Below are positions 9,873 through 18,542 of a stretch of DNA of 64,000 nt, piece by piece. Source of the DNA: Pseudomonadota bacterium. Its GTDB lineage: Bacteria > Desulfobacterota > Desulfobacteria > Desulfobacterales > RPRI01. The position numbers were made by a program, and so were the translations under genes. The stretch's first letter is position 1, and the number at the start of each line of letters is the position of its first letter. The stretch is from assembly GCA_043825875.1 (NCBI GenBank), contig JBDRRF010000051.1:105892-169891 (forward strand), read 5' to 3'. Below the pieces are notes generated by a model. That model was not told the DNA's origin and made no database searches. It saw only the letters and a program-made list of their open reading frames with translations.

Positions 9873-10169
9873 CTATGAATGGTAATCTGCAATTTCCACA
9901 TCCATTGGCCCATTCTCGGCCCAAATGAAACAAATGCGATATTGATCATTTATTCGGATACTGTATTGCCCCTTTCTGTCACCCGACAGCAACTCCAATC
10001 TATTTCCGGGCGGAATTCGCAATTCGTCAAGAGTCAAAACAGAATCCAGTCGATCAAGTTTTCTAAATACAACATTCCAAAGGCTTTGAGGACAAATTTT
10101 TCTAGCGGCTTTTGTCGACTGGCCGTTGAAAATTTCCTCTGTGGCTTTGTTTTTAAAGGATTGTATCCT
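9873..10169 (-). pseudogene. higB: HigB toxin whose start codon reads AGG
   Basis: Open frame (R)IQSFKNKATEEIFNG...LRIPPGNRLELLSGDRKGQYSIRINDQYRICF...VEIADYHS*; no ATG/GTG/TTG at the 5' end. Confidence 0.85.
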
Positions 10170-10204
10170 GAAAATACGATAGCCCGGCTATCATGCTATT
10201 TCAA
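10170..10204 (-). promoter_or_regulatory. higBA promoter with operator palindrome
   Basis: TTGAAA-N17-TATCGT-N6-AGG; palindrome GATAGCC-C-GGCTATC at 10178-10192. Confidence 0.65.
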
Positions 10205-10315
10205 GTTAATTTTATTATCGTGGCAGCCCGAATGAAAAGATCTCATGTATAACGTAGCAGAGACGAGAAAACAAAAAAATCAGTCGGAGCGTAACGACCG
10301 GTTGGGGAGGGTATT

Positions 10316-10374
10316 GGGATCAAACCTTGAATAGTTATTTTAGATATTTAATCACTATTCAACGGTTTGATCCC
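10316..10374. repeat. Long inverted repeat
   Basis: GGGATCAAACC-TTGAATAGT...ACTATTCAA-C-GGTTTGATCCC. Confidence 0.8.
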
Positions 10375-10453
10375 TTTCGTTTCCATTCGTTTACCCGCAA
10401 GCCGGGAGCGATGCGAGCAAGGTGTCTATACACTTGATAGACCTCTATTCTGT

Positions 10454-10837
10454 CTATTCCACAAGCTCAAATTCATAGTATTTTGAAAATCTAATCAATA
10501 ATCGATTCGGATCGGCTGATAATTGGCCAAGATCCTTTCCTGTTAAATTGGAATGATCAAAAATGTCCACACTTCCTTTTAATTCACTACTGCATCCGCT
10601 TATAGCAATTAATTTACCGAGTTTTTGATGTGCTCCCTGAGCTATAATTTTGGCTTTTTGTAGTGCTTTTTCGAAGGCTTCAGTTGAAAGTTTTTCAAGG
10701 TGAATATCCGAATTTTTCAGGCCAAAGAATATTGCACTGGTGCTTGAGTCATAATCAAAGGAAAACCTCACCGGAACCCTTTGTTTCCATGTGTAGCATC
10801 ATTATATTTTTCATAATTACATTAAGTTTTTTTAGCA
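10454..10837 (-). pseudogene. Probable SIMPL-domain protein remnant
   Basis: EAFEKALQKAKIIA...KLGKLIAIS C-terminus; an out-of-frame upstream piece reads TKGSGEV. Confidence 0.45.
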
Positions 10838-10839
10838 TG

Positions 10840-11391
10840 CTACCAGTTTTTAAGGTATGCTATTATCATATCTTTTTCTTCCTGTTCATCAAGCCATTGT
10901 TTGAATTCATCAGCTTTTCCAAAAATTTCTTCGCCAATTCTTTTTTGAATGACCTGTTTTAGCGCCTCCTGGTTTTCTTCTTCTCTTATGTTTTTCTGCC
11001 AGCTACGTGTGAATATTTTGTTTATTTCATCATGCAGATTTTTCGATTTCAGTATTTTCCATTCGTTGTTGTCCAGCCAGAAACCGTTACAGCTTCCACA
11101 AAAGTCAAGTTTGAATGGGATTCCATGGCCCACTTTGTATTTGCTCATTATTCTTCCGCATTCAGGGCAGAGTTTTGCTTTCAGAATATCATCCGATCTC
11201 AACGTTATATCGTACTCATCTTTTTCCTCGATTATTTCACCTTTGACTTCAAGCCATTCATGATAATCTCTTGAGCATATCCAATGCCCGCCACAATCAT
11301 CGCAATAATAGCCGATAAGTTTTTCCTCAAGTCTTTCCGTTTTCAACAGTACTTTCTTCTTTACGTCACATATCGGACACGACATTTTCAT
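10840..11391 (-). CDS. Double zinc-ribbon (zf-TFIIB-like) protein
   Basis: CPIC...CDDCGGHW and CPEC...DFCGSCNGFWLD. Confidence 0.8.
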   Translation of the reverse strand: MKMSCPICDVKKKVLLKTERLEEKLIGYYCDDCGGHWICSRDYHEWLEVKGEIIEEKDEYDITLRSDDILKAKLCPECGRIMSKYKVGHGIPFKLDFCGSCNGFWLDNNEWKILKSKNLHDEINKIFTRSWQKNIREEENQEALKQVIQKRIGEEIFGKADEFKQWLDEQEEKDMIIAYLKNW

Positions 11392-11446
11392 TTTAGTTAC
11401 TCCTTGCTAAGTTTTTTCAAAGTTGATTAAAAACACATCTATCAAA

Positions 11447-11572
11447 TCAGAACATAAAGGTAAGAAGGGGCGGTTTAAAACCCGAAAAGCTGAATATTTA
11501 ATGCAGCTTGCAAAAGTAATAGAGGTCAGTCACCGCAGTTAATAAGCTCCCTGCTCAAACTTTTGTTTAAGA
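11447..11572 (-). mobile_element. Degenerate attC
   Basis: TCTTAAAC AAAAGTTTGAGCAGGGAGC ... GCCCCTTCTTACCTTTAT GTTCTGA; the R'' nearly complements GTTAAGA at 12198-12192. Confidence 0.65.
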
Positions 11573-12179
11573 ACTTATTTGTTTTTTCGAAGAAATCAGA
11601 GCACTCTCCTGGATGGGTTATTGCTAAAAGATGGCCTGCATCCTTTATCACTTCGCAATCACTTTTCGGACACGTAATTATGTGATCCTTTTTCCCATGA
11701 AGGCGGAAAACATTATCTGCTGCCCCTCGATACCCAGGCCATGAGGAAACATATCTGCTCATAGAACGAATAAAGTCCGGGTCTGACTCCGAAAACATTT
11801 GGCTTACGACATCATCAATTCTTCCAGACAGTGTCTGAATAAATGAAAGTGGTGTAATCGATGCTAACGGCGACAATAGGGATATCAGTCTTTTTATTTC
11901 TTTTTTGTGCAAAGCACTTCCCATTAACACCACTGCCTTCGCATTCAATATCATTGCGATTTCAAGGGCAATCATCCCGCCAAGAGACGAACCGCCAATA
12001 ATATCATTCGAACTAATTTGATTTTCTGAGATTAATCGTTCTGCAACCTCTTTATAGGTGACTTCTTTCTGGTACTTCGGCCAGTTCAAGAAATTAACCT
12101 CGAAACTGAGATTTCTTCTCAGGGAATCGTACATCTCAGAAGATGCTCCCATCCCTGGCAATATATACCATTTAGTCAT
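11526..12179 (-). CDS. Alpha/beta hydrolase (cassette)
   Basis: LPGMG, GSSLGG nucleophile elbow, HGKKD, AGH. Confidence 0.85.
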   Translation of the reverse strand: MTKWYILPGMGASSEMYDSLRRNLSFEVNFLNWPKYQKEVTYKEVAERLISENQISSNDIIGGSSLGGMIALEIAMILNAKAVVLMGSALHKKEIKRLISLLSPLASITPLSFIQTLSGRIDDVVSQMFSESDPDFIRSMSRYVSSWPGYRGAADNVFRLHGKKDHIITCPKSDCEVIKDAGHLLAITHPGECSDFFEKTNKFLNKSLSRELINCGD

Positions 12180-12191
12180 GGTCCGTCCGAC

Positions 12192-12253
12192 TCTTAACCG
12201 CTGCTCAGTGGTGGCGCGGTTTTTGCTTTAACCCTTGCAGTAGAAGGTTATAA
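12192..12253 (-). mobile_element. attC (partly degenerate)
   Basis: TTATAAC...CCGCGCCACCACTGAGCAGCG GTTAAGA. Confidence 0.65.
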
Positions 12254-12637
12254 AGGTTTTATTACAATTTTACTTCTGATAGTATAATTAAATTGTTTTT
12301 CAAGATCAGACCAATCCGATGGTTCACCATCAGATTGAATTGTTTCATAAGCTTTGAGCATGTATGTTTTGCTTTTATCAATTTTCAAATTTTCAAATAC
12401 TGGTTCTACAACAAGTGGTTCTTGAAGTATTTTACTGTTTATTTCGAAAATTTTTAAATAATAATCAGAGTGGGAAACGTTTTGTGCATAATATGAATTT
12501 GGCTTATCAATAAATACGGCTTTTATTGTACAGATCTGACCGAACGGAATTCCGAGAATGCTTTTAATTGAGTCTTCAGCCAAACACATTTGGGATATCG
12601 ATAAAATCAGAATGAATGGTATAAGTATTTTATTCAT
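12248..12637 (-). CDS. Secreted hypothetical protein (cassette)
   Basis: Signal peptide MNKILIPFILILSISQMCLA; bounded by GTTATAA/TTATAAC. Confidence 0.7.
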   Translation of the reverse strand: MNKILIPFILILSISQMCLAEDSIKSILGIPFGQICTIKAVFIDKPNSYYAQNVSHSDYYLKIFEINSKILQEPLVVEPVFENLKIDKSKTYMLKAYETIQSDGEPSDWSDLEKQFNYTIRSKIVIKPL

Positions 12638-12660
12638 TTTATATTTCACCAATTATTAAT

Positions 12661-12722
12661 TTATAACATGGTGTGCCAGGGGCGGTATGCCCCTCGCCGT
12701 CCCCTTGACACACTCGTTATGT
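12661..12722 (-). mobile_element. Canonical attC
   Basis: ACATAAC-GA-GTGTGT[C]AAGGGG[A]CGG...CCGCCCCTGGCACAC-CAT-GTTATAA. Confidence 0.9.
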
Positions 12723-12728
12723 GAAGAT

Positions 12729-13051
12729 TTATTTCATTAGGTCGTTAATTATATTTCCGATTGATAATAGAATGATTACCCCGAAAAATATAACTAAAAT
12801 AATCTTAAGGCTCTTAGCACCTAAAAAACCGAAAAATTTATACTCAGCAAATGGGAATTCATTGCTACAATCCGGGCATATAGTTAACACTGCTTCCGAT
12901 ATCTCGTCTAAACCATTTCTTTTTTTAAAAATAGGCTCCGAGCTTTTCTTGTCCAAAATATGGAAAAAGGAAGATGGACCATCAATTTTATATTTAAATT
13001 TTTTTCAGCATTAAATTGAAAAAGGCATTTATGGCATTTTATATACGACAT
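12729..13051 (-). pseudogene. Frameshifted zinc-ribbon membrane protein (cassette)
   Basis: MSYIKCHKC... joins ...CPDC...TM if the A7 run (12999-13005) is A8; cassette bounded by GTTATGTGA/TCACATAAC. Confidence 0.65.
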
Positions 13052-13240
13052 TGATATTCCATCTTATTAGTTGTCACATAACAAGTTATTGTACTGACCA
13101 GTATATCATGCAAAATTGGATAATAAACTGCTAACAATATAATTCCGGATATTAAGAATATCGGAATACTTAATTTCAAACTTTAACAAATATCTTTCTG
13201 AGGAAGATATTACTTTAGCCTCTCATAGTTTCTGCGAAAA

Positions 13241-13287
13241 TAAAAAAACAAAAGCCCCGTGCTTCAATTGTCTGAAGATCGGGGCTT
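13241..13287 (-). terminator. Intrinsic terminator-like hairpin
   Basis: AAGCCCCGATCTTCA...TGAAGCACGGGGCTT followed by TTGTTTTTTT. Confidence 0.65.
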
Positions 13288-13548
13288 GATTGTATCCGGT
13301 CACATTAAATCCTTTAGAGCGTGTAAAATAATTATATCAGATTATTAATTCCAGAAAATGCTAAAATAATACTATTTGTATAATGAGCAATAATGCATGA
13401 GTTTTGTTAACACTTTGCATCAATTAATTCAATAAAAAAAGAGAAAGAAGAACACTGTATGGTTTATAGATTGATTTGAGCCAGTAATCTTCTCCCCTAT
13501 CAGCAAGTAATTTATCTTGTTTGCTTGATGCAGAAAATAACTGTGAGG

Positions 13549-13773
13549 TCAGGATTGTTCATCATCAGTAATATACTCCCACATTTTATTTTGATGTAAC
13601 CAAATTGGATCAGCATTCCTGCGGATGAATTCGTCTACATCCATACCATCTGTGGTTATCGGGCGCTTGACCTGCTTCTGCTTTCCATTTATGAATATGG
13701 TCATGTACTCTTTCCGATGGTGCTTTTTTTCAGTCTTTTCAGCAGCAGAGAGTTTTCGTTTTAGCTTTGCCAT
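13549..13773 (-). CDS. Small basic hypothetical protein, cassette-type
   Basis: 74 aa, DEFIRRNADPIWLHQN; lies within the cassette array. Confidence 0.7.
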   Translation of the reverse strand: MAKLKRKLSAAEKTEKKHHRKEYMTIFINGKQKQVKRPITTDGMDVDEFIRRNADPIWLHQNKMWEYITDDEQS

Positions 13774-13821
13774 GGTAGGAACCGCTTTATCTATCTTTCT
13801 ATGCCAATTTGCGAGATGAGT

Positions 13822-14085
13822 TTACTTCTCAATAATCTTCCAGTACCTTATTCCTGGCTCTCCATTTTGACACTCAGGACACTTTCTCTCGTGCATGTCT
13901 GACCCGTTTGTTCCATAAACATTGCCGCAGTAAGTACATTCAGTCTTGTATGCATATTGCCCATGATCGGTTCCAGGAATTCCGCAATGGCCGCAACATT
14001 GCTGGCCATTAGGATTGAGATAGCCAATTTCGACACTCTCGCCACTACCTTCCTGCCATTCAATATGAATATCGGTTTCGTTCAT
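13822..14085 (-). CDS. Cys-rich zinc-finger hypothetical protein (cassette)
   Basis: CTYCG...CPECQ; GGAGG RBS. Confidence 0.75.
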   Translation of the reverse strand: MNETDIHIEWQEGSGESVEIGYLNPNGQQCCGHCGIPGTDHGQYAYKTECTYCGNVYGTNGSDMHERKCPECQNGEPGIRYWKIIEK

Positions 14086-14104
14086 ACTTATTTATCCTCC
14101 CAAA

Positions 14105-14212
14105 GAGACTATTGAAAAAGTCCCAAAACGGTTAATTCAGTTATTTTGTATTTTATAATATCAGACAATTAGAAATGTCAAAATCCAGATTTCAGACTTT
14201 TCCGACAGGCTC
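14105..14212. mobile_element. 108-bp MITE inserted at an attC core
   Basis: TIRs GAGACTATTGAAAAAGTC / GACTTTTCCGACAGGCTC (14 of 18 positions match). Confidence 0.7.
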
Positions 14213-14266
14213 AACATGAAGTTCACCGGGGGGTGATAGCGAAACTACGCAACGAATTTGTTATGT
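14209..14266 (-). mobile_element. attC remnant (internally deleted or hybrid)
   Basis: ACATAAC...CCCCCGGTGAACTTCAT GTT; the R'' AAAACATAAC complements GTTATGTTTT at 14721-14712. Confidence 0.6.
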
Positions 14267-14512
14267 TTTTTTATAGCTACCTTTACGATGCAGAACTCGA
14301 CCAATTTCAATCATATCTTTACCAACATCAAATAAAATTCTATAATCCCCAACTCTTGCTCTATAGGCAGGTTCAAAATTTGTTAATCTTTTCAGATTGC
14401 TGACATTAGGAAAGTTTTCCAGTTCCAGAATCTTATCGTGAATACGCTTCTTATCAGTTTCACCAATCTTTTTTAAATCTTTTATAGCGCTTTGTCTGAT
14501 ATTAATCTTCAT
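14261..14512 (-). CDS. RelE/ParE family toxin
   Basis: AIKDLKKI, YRARVGDYRILF, HRKGSY. Confidence 0.92.
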   Translation of the reverse strand: MKINIRQSAIKDLKKIGETDKKRIHDKILELENFPNVSNLKRLTNFEPAYRARVGDYRILFDVGKDMIEIGRVLHRKGSYKKT

Positions 14513-14690
14513 TTTTTAAATACTCAGAAAACAGGATACTATCTTCCCCTCTTGTTACTGCTAAAAGTTTTAAATCTTCAATATCTTCCTGTGACACTAT
14601 CTCAACACCTTCACTTTCTAAGTGTTTCAAGAACCATATTATCTTATCCCTTATCTCTTTATTCTTTATTGATATAGTAACTGTTTGCAT
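14502..14690 (-). CDS. Antitoxin partner of RelE
   Basis: 62 aa with an acidic C-terminus, overlaps the toxin start, GGAG RBS. Confidence 0.75.
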   Translation of the reverse strand: MQTVTISIKNKEIRDKIIWFLKHLESEGVEIVSQEDIEDLKLLAVTRGEDSILFSEYLKNED

Positions 14691-14982
14691 TTTCATTCTC
14701 CAAGTATTTTTAAAACATAACAATATATTGAACAGTTTCCATTCAATACCGTGAAATTCCAAAAGTGTCGATATCAAAATTTAGTTATAATGATAAATAT
14801 ACTTGATATAATTATATTATCAAACTTGCTCAATATTCAATTTGCGTTCTTAGGAGGAAACTGTTCAATACCGATATTTTCTTTTTTTGATTAGATTTGG
14901 TAATTTATTAACATGGTTTGCGTTTAAAATCTATTATTTTTATAGACATGTTCGATATGTCTATTAGGTGAAGCCCCCTGTT

Positions 14983-15036
14983 CGTCATTCCGATGAAGGA
15001 TAGAAACCAGTAATTTCATTTGGTTCTGGATGCCGG
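14983..15036. repeat. Degenerate GTCATTCCG-type REP-like palindrome
   Basis: CGTCATTCCGATGAAGG...CCAG...CTGGATGCCGG. Confidence 0.45.
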
Positions 15037-15333
15037 AAGTTTTTGTCACTAAGTATTTCCCTAAATACACTTTCGTAAGGCCTCACAATTTTAACGAGGT
15101 TTTAGTTGATATTCGCTGAGCAGGAAAACCAGCAATAATTGAAGTCAGATAGTAGAAAAACTTGCTTACACTAAAAATAATTGTATAATTATTATATTGC
15201 TAAGTGCCCGTCATGCACCTGATATAGAGAAGATTGTTCATGTGGCTAACAAAAGAGAGCCGGAACTGATATTATTGATGATTTTCATCGGCTTTCTGAT
15301 AGACTGATAATAAAGCAAAATGGGTGTTTCAAT

Positions 15334-17418
15334 ATGTACACATCGTTCTATAATCTATCTGCAAAGCCTTTTCAAATCAACACAGATCCCAGATTTCTTT
15401 GGCTTGGGGAAAAACACAAAGAAGCTTTGGCGGTCTTAAGGATTGGTTTAATAAACCAAAATGGTTTTCTGTTGCTAACAGGAGATGTTGGTACAGGCAA
15501 AACCACATTGGTCAATGCCTTATTAAAAAGTCTTGATAATAATGTTTTGGTTGCGAGTATCACCGACCCAAACCTCGACTTGATGGGCTTTCTCAATCAT
15601 ATCGCACGGTCTTTTAAAATCCCACAACGATTTGACAGAAAAGAAGACTTTCTCATTGATTTTAAAAATTTTTTAGAAAATACCTGCTTGAATAATGCTA
15701 AGCAGGTTTTACTAATCATTGATGAAGCTCATAAGTTATCAAAAGAGCTTTTAGAACAGGTTCGATTATTGTCGAACATTGAGATGCCGGAAAGAAAGCT
15801 TATCAACATATTTCTTGTTGGTCAAAATGAACTAAATCAAACGTTGATATCCAACAATTGTCGCGCCCTCCTGCAGCGAATCACCCAGAATTACAACATC
15901 AAGCCGTTATCGGAGAATGAAACGCGGGAATACATCAAATACCGTTTAAAAGTAGCTGGAACGGAGTCGCACCTTTTCAGCTTAAAAGCCATCAATGAGA
16001 TATACCGTTTTTCCGGCGGTTGTCCGCGTCTAATCAACACAATTTGTGATCGCGCTCTTTTAACAGGGTATGTGATGGGCCAAAAAATGATTACGCCAAA
16101 CATCATTCTGGAATGCTCCAAGGAAGTCCTTCTACCTGGCGAAACGAAAATGCGTTCATTTTCCGATCTTTCGCAACCGTTAAGCCCAGAGAACCTGTCC
16201 TCATCCGTCGAGGAAGTCCTATTAACTGATGAAGCGGAATTAAGTCCATTTTCTGATCTTCCGCAACCATTAAGCCCAGAGAACCTGCCCTCATCCGTCG
16301 AGGAAGTCCAACTAACTGATGAAGCGGAATTGGGTTCATTTTCCGATCTTCCGCAACCATTAAGCCCAGAGAACCCGCCCTCACCTGTTGATGAAGTACT
16401 TCTACCTGACGAAACGGAATATGGAAATATCGGCACTGTTTTTCAGCAAAACGGAAATATGGACCTTCCCTTAAAAGAGCCTGCAACTGTCTGTGAAGGC
16501 TTGAACACCGTAGGAAAAATTGAAGCTGAAGGCAGGTGGAACTCTGCTTTGAGACCTAAGATAAAGGAACTTATAAAAGGGGGTTTGACGGCGATTAACT
16601 TTTATGAACCCAATAGAAGACGTTTGATATACGGGGTCATGGCTACCTCCTTAATCGTGCTTGCCACAGTCTTTTATTCACTTTTGTTTTCAGGATCAGA
16701 CCATCAGGCGCCTATGCCACGCGAGCTTAACGATAGGGCACTGACTAAGGCCCTTCCTTCTGTTGCATCCGTCGGCAAACAGATGGTTGTCACCTCTCCC
16801 GAAAAGGACATTACGGCCAAGACCAATGGTGGAGCGAACCCTGGCAAACGATCTTCATTGGATCAGGCAAAGGTGGCGATAAAAGAAAATAAATTCAGTC
16901 GCGCAGGGGAACTTTTGGAAGAGGTCATGGCCCACCAAGAGGGCAATCAGCCAGAAATAAAAGCGCTGTATGTACAAGCATTAATAGGACAGGCGAGACT
17001 TCTGCCTGCCAAAGATACCGACCAAATTGAGAAACTACTTCGTAAAGCCGTTAAAAAAGATCCTCAAAATGCAATAGCATACTATGACCTTGGGAAGCTT
17101 TATGCTAAGAAGAAAGATTACCTCAAGGCCATCGAGGTTTACTCAAAGGCCGCTGAGCTAAATCCCGACTCGGCCAACACTTTATTTAATCTTGGCTTTA
17201 GCTATGCTGCTATCAAAAATTATGTGAATGCCGAAAAAATGTTTCTGCGTGTTAGTGAACTGAAACCCACCTATCTTGACAAAGCGATCTTTAATTTGGC
17301 TTTGGTCCAGTACAAGCAGGGTAAAAAGGAACAATGCCTTAAGAATCTTAAAAAGGCACTAGAAGTGAATCCTGCTAATCAAAGAGCGCGCAAATATTTG
17401 GAGCGGTTTTTAGCTTAA
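15334..17418 (+). CDS. ExeA-like AAA ATPase with repeat linker, TM helix and TPR C-terminus
   Basis: GDVGTGKTT, IIDEAH, GCPRLINTICDRALL; TPRs AYYDLG, TLFNLG, AIFNLA. Confidence 0.9.
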   Translation: MYTSFYNLSAKPFQINTDPRFLWLGEKHKEALAVLRIGLINQNGFLLLTGDVGTGKTTLVNALLKSLDNNVLVASITDPNLDLMGFLNHIARSFKIPQRFDRKEDFLIDFKNFLENTCLNNAKQVLLIIDEAHKLSKELLEQVRLLSNIEMPERKLINIFLVGQNELNQTLISNNCRALLQRITQNYNIKPLSENETREYIKYRLKVAGTESHLFSLKAINEIYRFSGGCPRLINTICDRALLTGYVMGQKMITPNIILECSKEVLLPGETKMRSFSDLSQPLSPENLSSSVEEVLLTDEAELSPFSDLPQPLSPENLPSSVEEVQLTDEAELGSFSDLPQPLSPENPPSPVDEVLLPDETEYGNIGTVFQQNGNMDLPLKEPATVCEGLNTVGKIEAEGRWNSALRPKIKELIKGGLTAINFYEPNRRRLIYGVMATSLIVLATVFYSLLFSGSDHQAPMPRELNDRALTKALPSVASVGKQMVVTSPEKDITAKTNGGANPGKRSSLDQAKVAIKENKFSRAGELLEEVMAHQEGNQPEIKALYVQALIGQARLLPAKDTDQIEKLLRKAVKKDPQNAIAYYDLGKLYAKKKDYLKAIEVYSKAAELNPDSANTLFNLGFSYAAIKNYVNAEKMFLRVSELKPTYLDKAIFNLALVQYKQGKKEQCLKNLKKALEVNPANQRARKYLERFLA
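16122..16420 (+). repeat. About 3.3 x 90-bp coding tandem repeat
   Basis: TAAGCCCAGA at 16181, 16271 and 16361; unit FSDLPQPLSPENLPSSVEEV... Confidence 0.95.
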
Positions 17419-17432
17419 TCAGGAGCAAAACA

Positions 17433-18056
17433 ATGAGACCGACCGGATTGAAAAGAATTATTAAGAAATTATTCCTCATCATACTCATATGGATGCTTAC
17501 TGGCTGTGCTTCCTCGCAAAAGCCATATACACCGCTCCCACCTCCCGCTACGCCAATAGTCGAGCCTGAGTTCCCACCTCCGACGGCGCCAATAGTCGTG
17601 CCTGAGCCCGCATCAGAGATTTCAAAAAAAATTCCCGCATCAAAAAAACCTGAGTCCTATATGCACAAAGTTCGCTGGCCTGGAGAAACAATTTCTGTAA
17701 TTGCTAAATGGTATACCGGCAGCCAAAGAAACTGGAAGCTTATAGTAAAGGCAAATCCCGGTTGTGATCCAAAACGGATGCACATTGGCGATAAAATATT
17801 AATACCCGCGGAGATCATAGAGAATAGAGAACCAATGCCACAAAAATATTTGAGAACCTCAGTACCTAAAAGGGGTGAGTTCTCCTCTTCTCGGGCAAAA
17901 CCTGCAACAAAATCCGATAAAACAAAAGCCCTTGACTCTCCCGAAAAAGACCAAGGGATAGAAGAATCAGAGAAAATAGAACTATTTGAGCTTCAAGACA
18001 CAGAAAAGTCTGTACCGGAATCAGACGAAATCGAGCTATTTGAGACTATAGAATAG
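17433..18056 (+). CDS. LysM-domain lipoprotein
   Basis: Lipobox LTGC, Pro-rich linker, HKVRWPGETISVIAKWY...GDKILIP. Confidence 0.85.
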   Translation: MRPTGLKRIIKKLFLIILIWMLTGCASSQKPYTPLPPPATPIVEPEFPPPTAPIVVPEPASEISKKIPASKKPESYMHKVRWPGETISVIAKWYTGSQRNWKLIVKANPGCDPKRMHIGDKILIPAEIIENREPMPQKYLRTSVPKRGEFSSSRAKPATKSDKTKALDSPEKDQGIEESEKIELFELQDTEKSVPESDEIELFETIE

Positions 18057-18196
18057 AAGAAGTAACGTACATCAATTTACTATTTTCAAAGCCGATATTT
18101 CTGATATCCTTTTCGATAATTACACACTTTGGTAATTGCAACATAAGGGAGATATGGGACATATTAAATTTACAAACTTAATTATCGAAAACAAAT

Positions 18197-18338
18197 GAGC
18201 CACTTTCAAAACGTTTCAGTTTGGTCAAGGTCAAGGCGGGTGAAATTTTTAACCGCAGGAATACATGGAGTATTCCGAGGATTAAAATTTTAACCCAACG
18301 CAGAGATCGGCCAAAATGGGACGTTTTGAAACTGGCTC
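18197..18338. mobile_element. 142-bp MITE, copy 2
   Basis: Same TIRs as copy 1; TSD AAAT. Confidence 0.9.
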
Positions 18339-18342
18339 AAAT

Positions 18343-18527
18343 AGTTGTTCTTTTTTGCATGTTTCCCGCCACGTATTTCAGCTTTGCTAACGGCTGTTAA
18401 CGATAGATTCAGTCGGCGGGAAAGCGATTTCATTGTTACTCCTATCTCTCTGATTGCCCAATAGCAAAAAAGGCTGCGCACCTGAACAATTCCCCGGAAC
18501 CTCCCGGCAGCCTATACTTTCTCCTTT
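18343..18527 (-). pseudogene. C-terminal HTH remnant of a REP-associated (Y1) transposase-like gene
   Basis: KEKV*AAGRFRGIVQVRSLFCYWAIREIGVTMKSLSRRLNLSLTAVSKA; in-frame stop; interrupted by the MITE. Confidence 0.55.
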
Positions 18528-18542
18528 GAATATAGGTAATTC

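Noticed and set aside
9879..10235. Plus-strand 118-aa ORF
   Set aside because: Antisense shadow of higB.
3789..18056. Type II secretion system implied by ExeA homologs
   Set aside because: No gspC-M or secretin genes are in the window.
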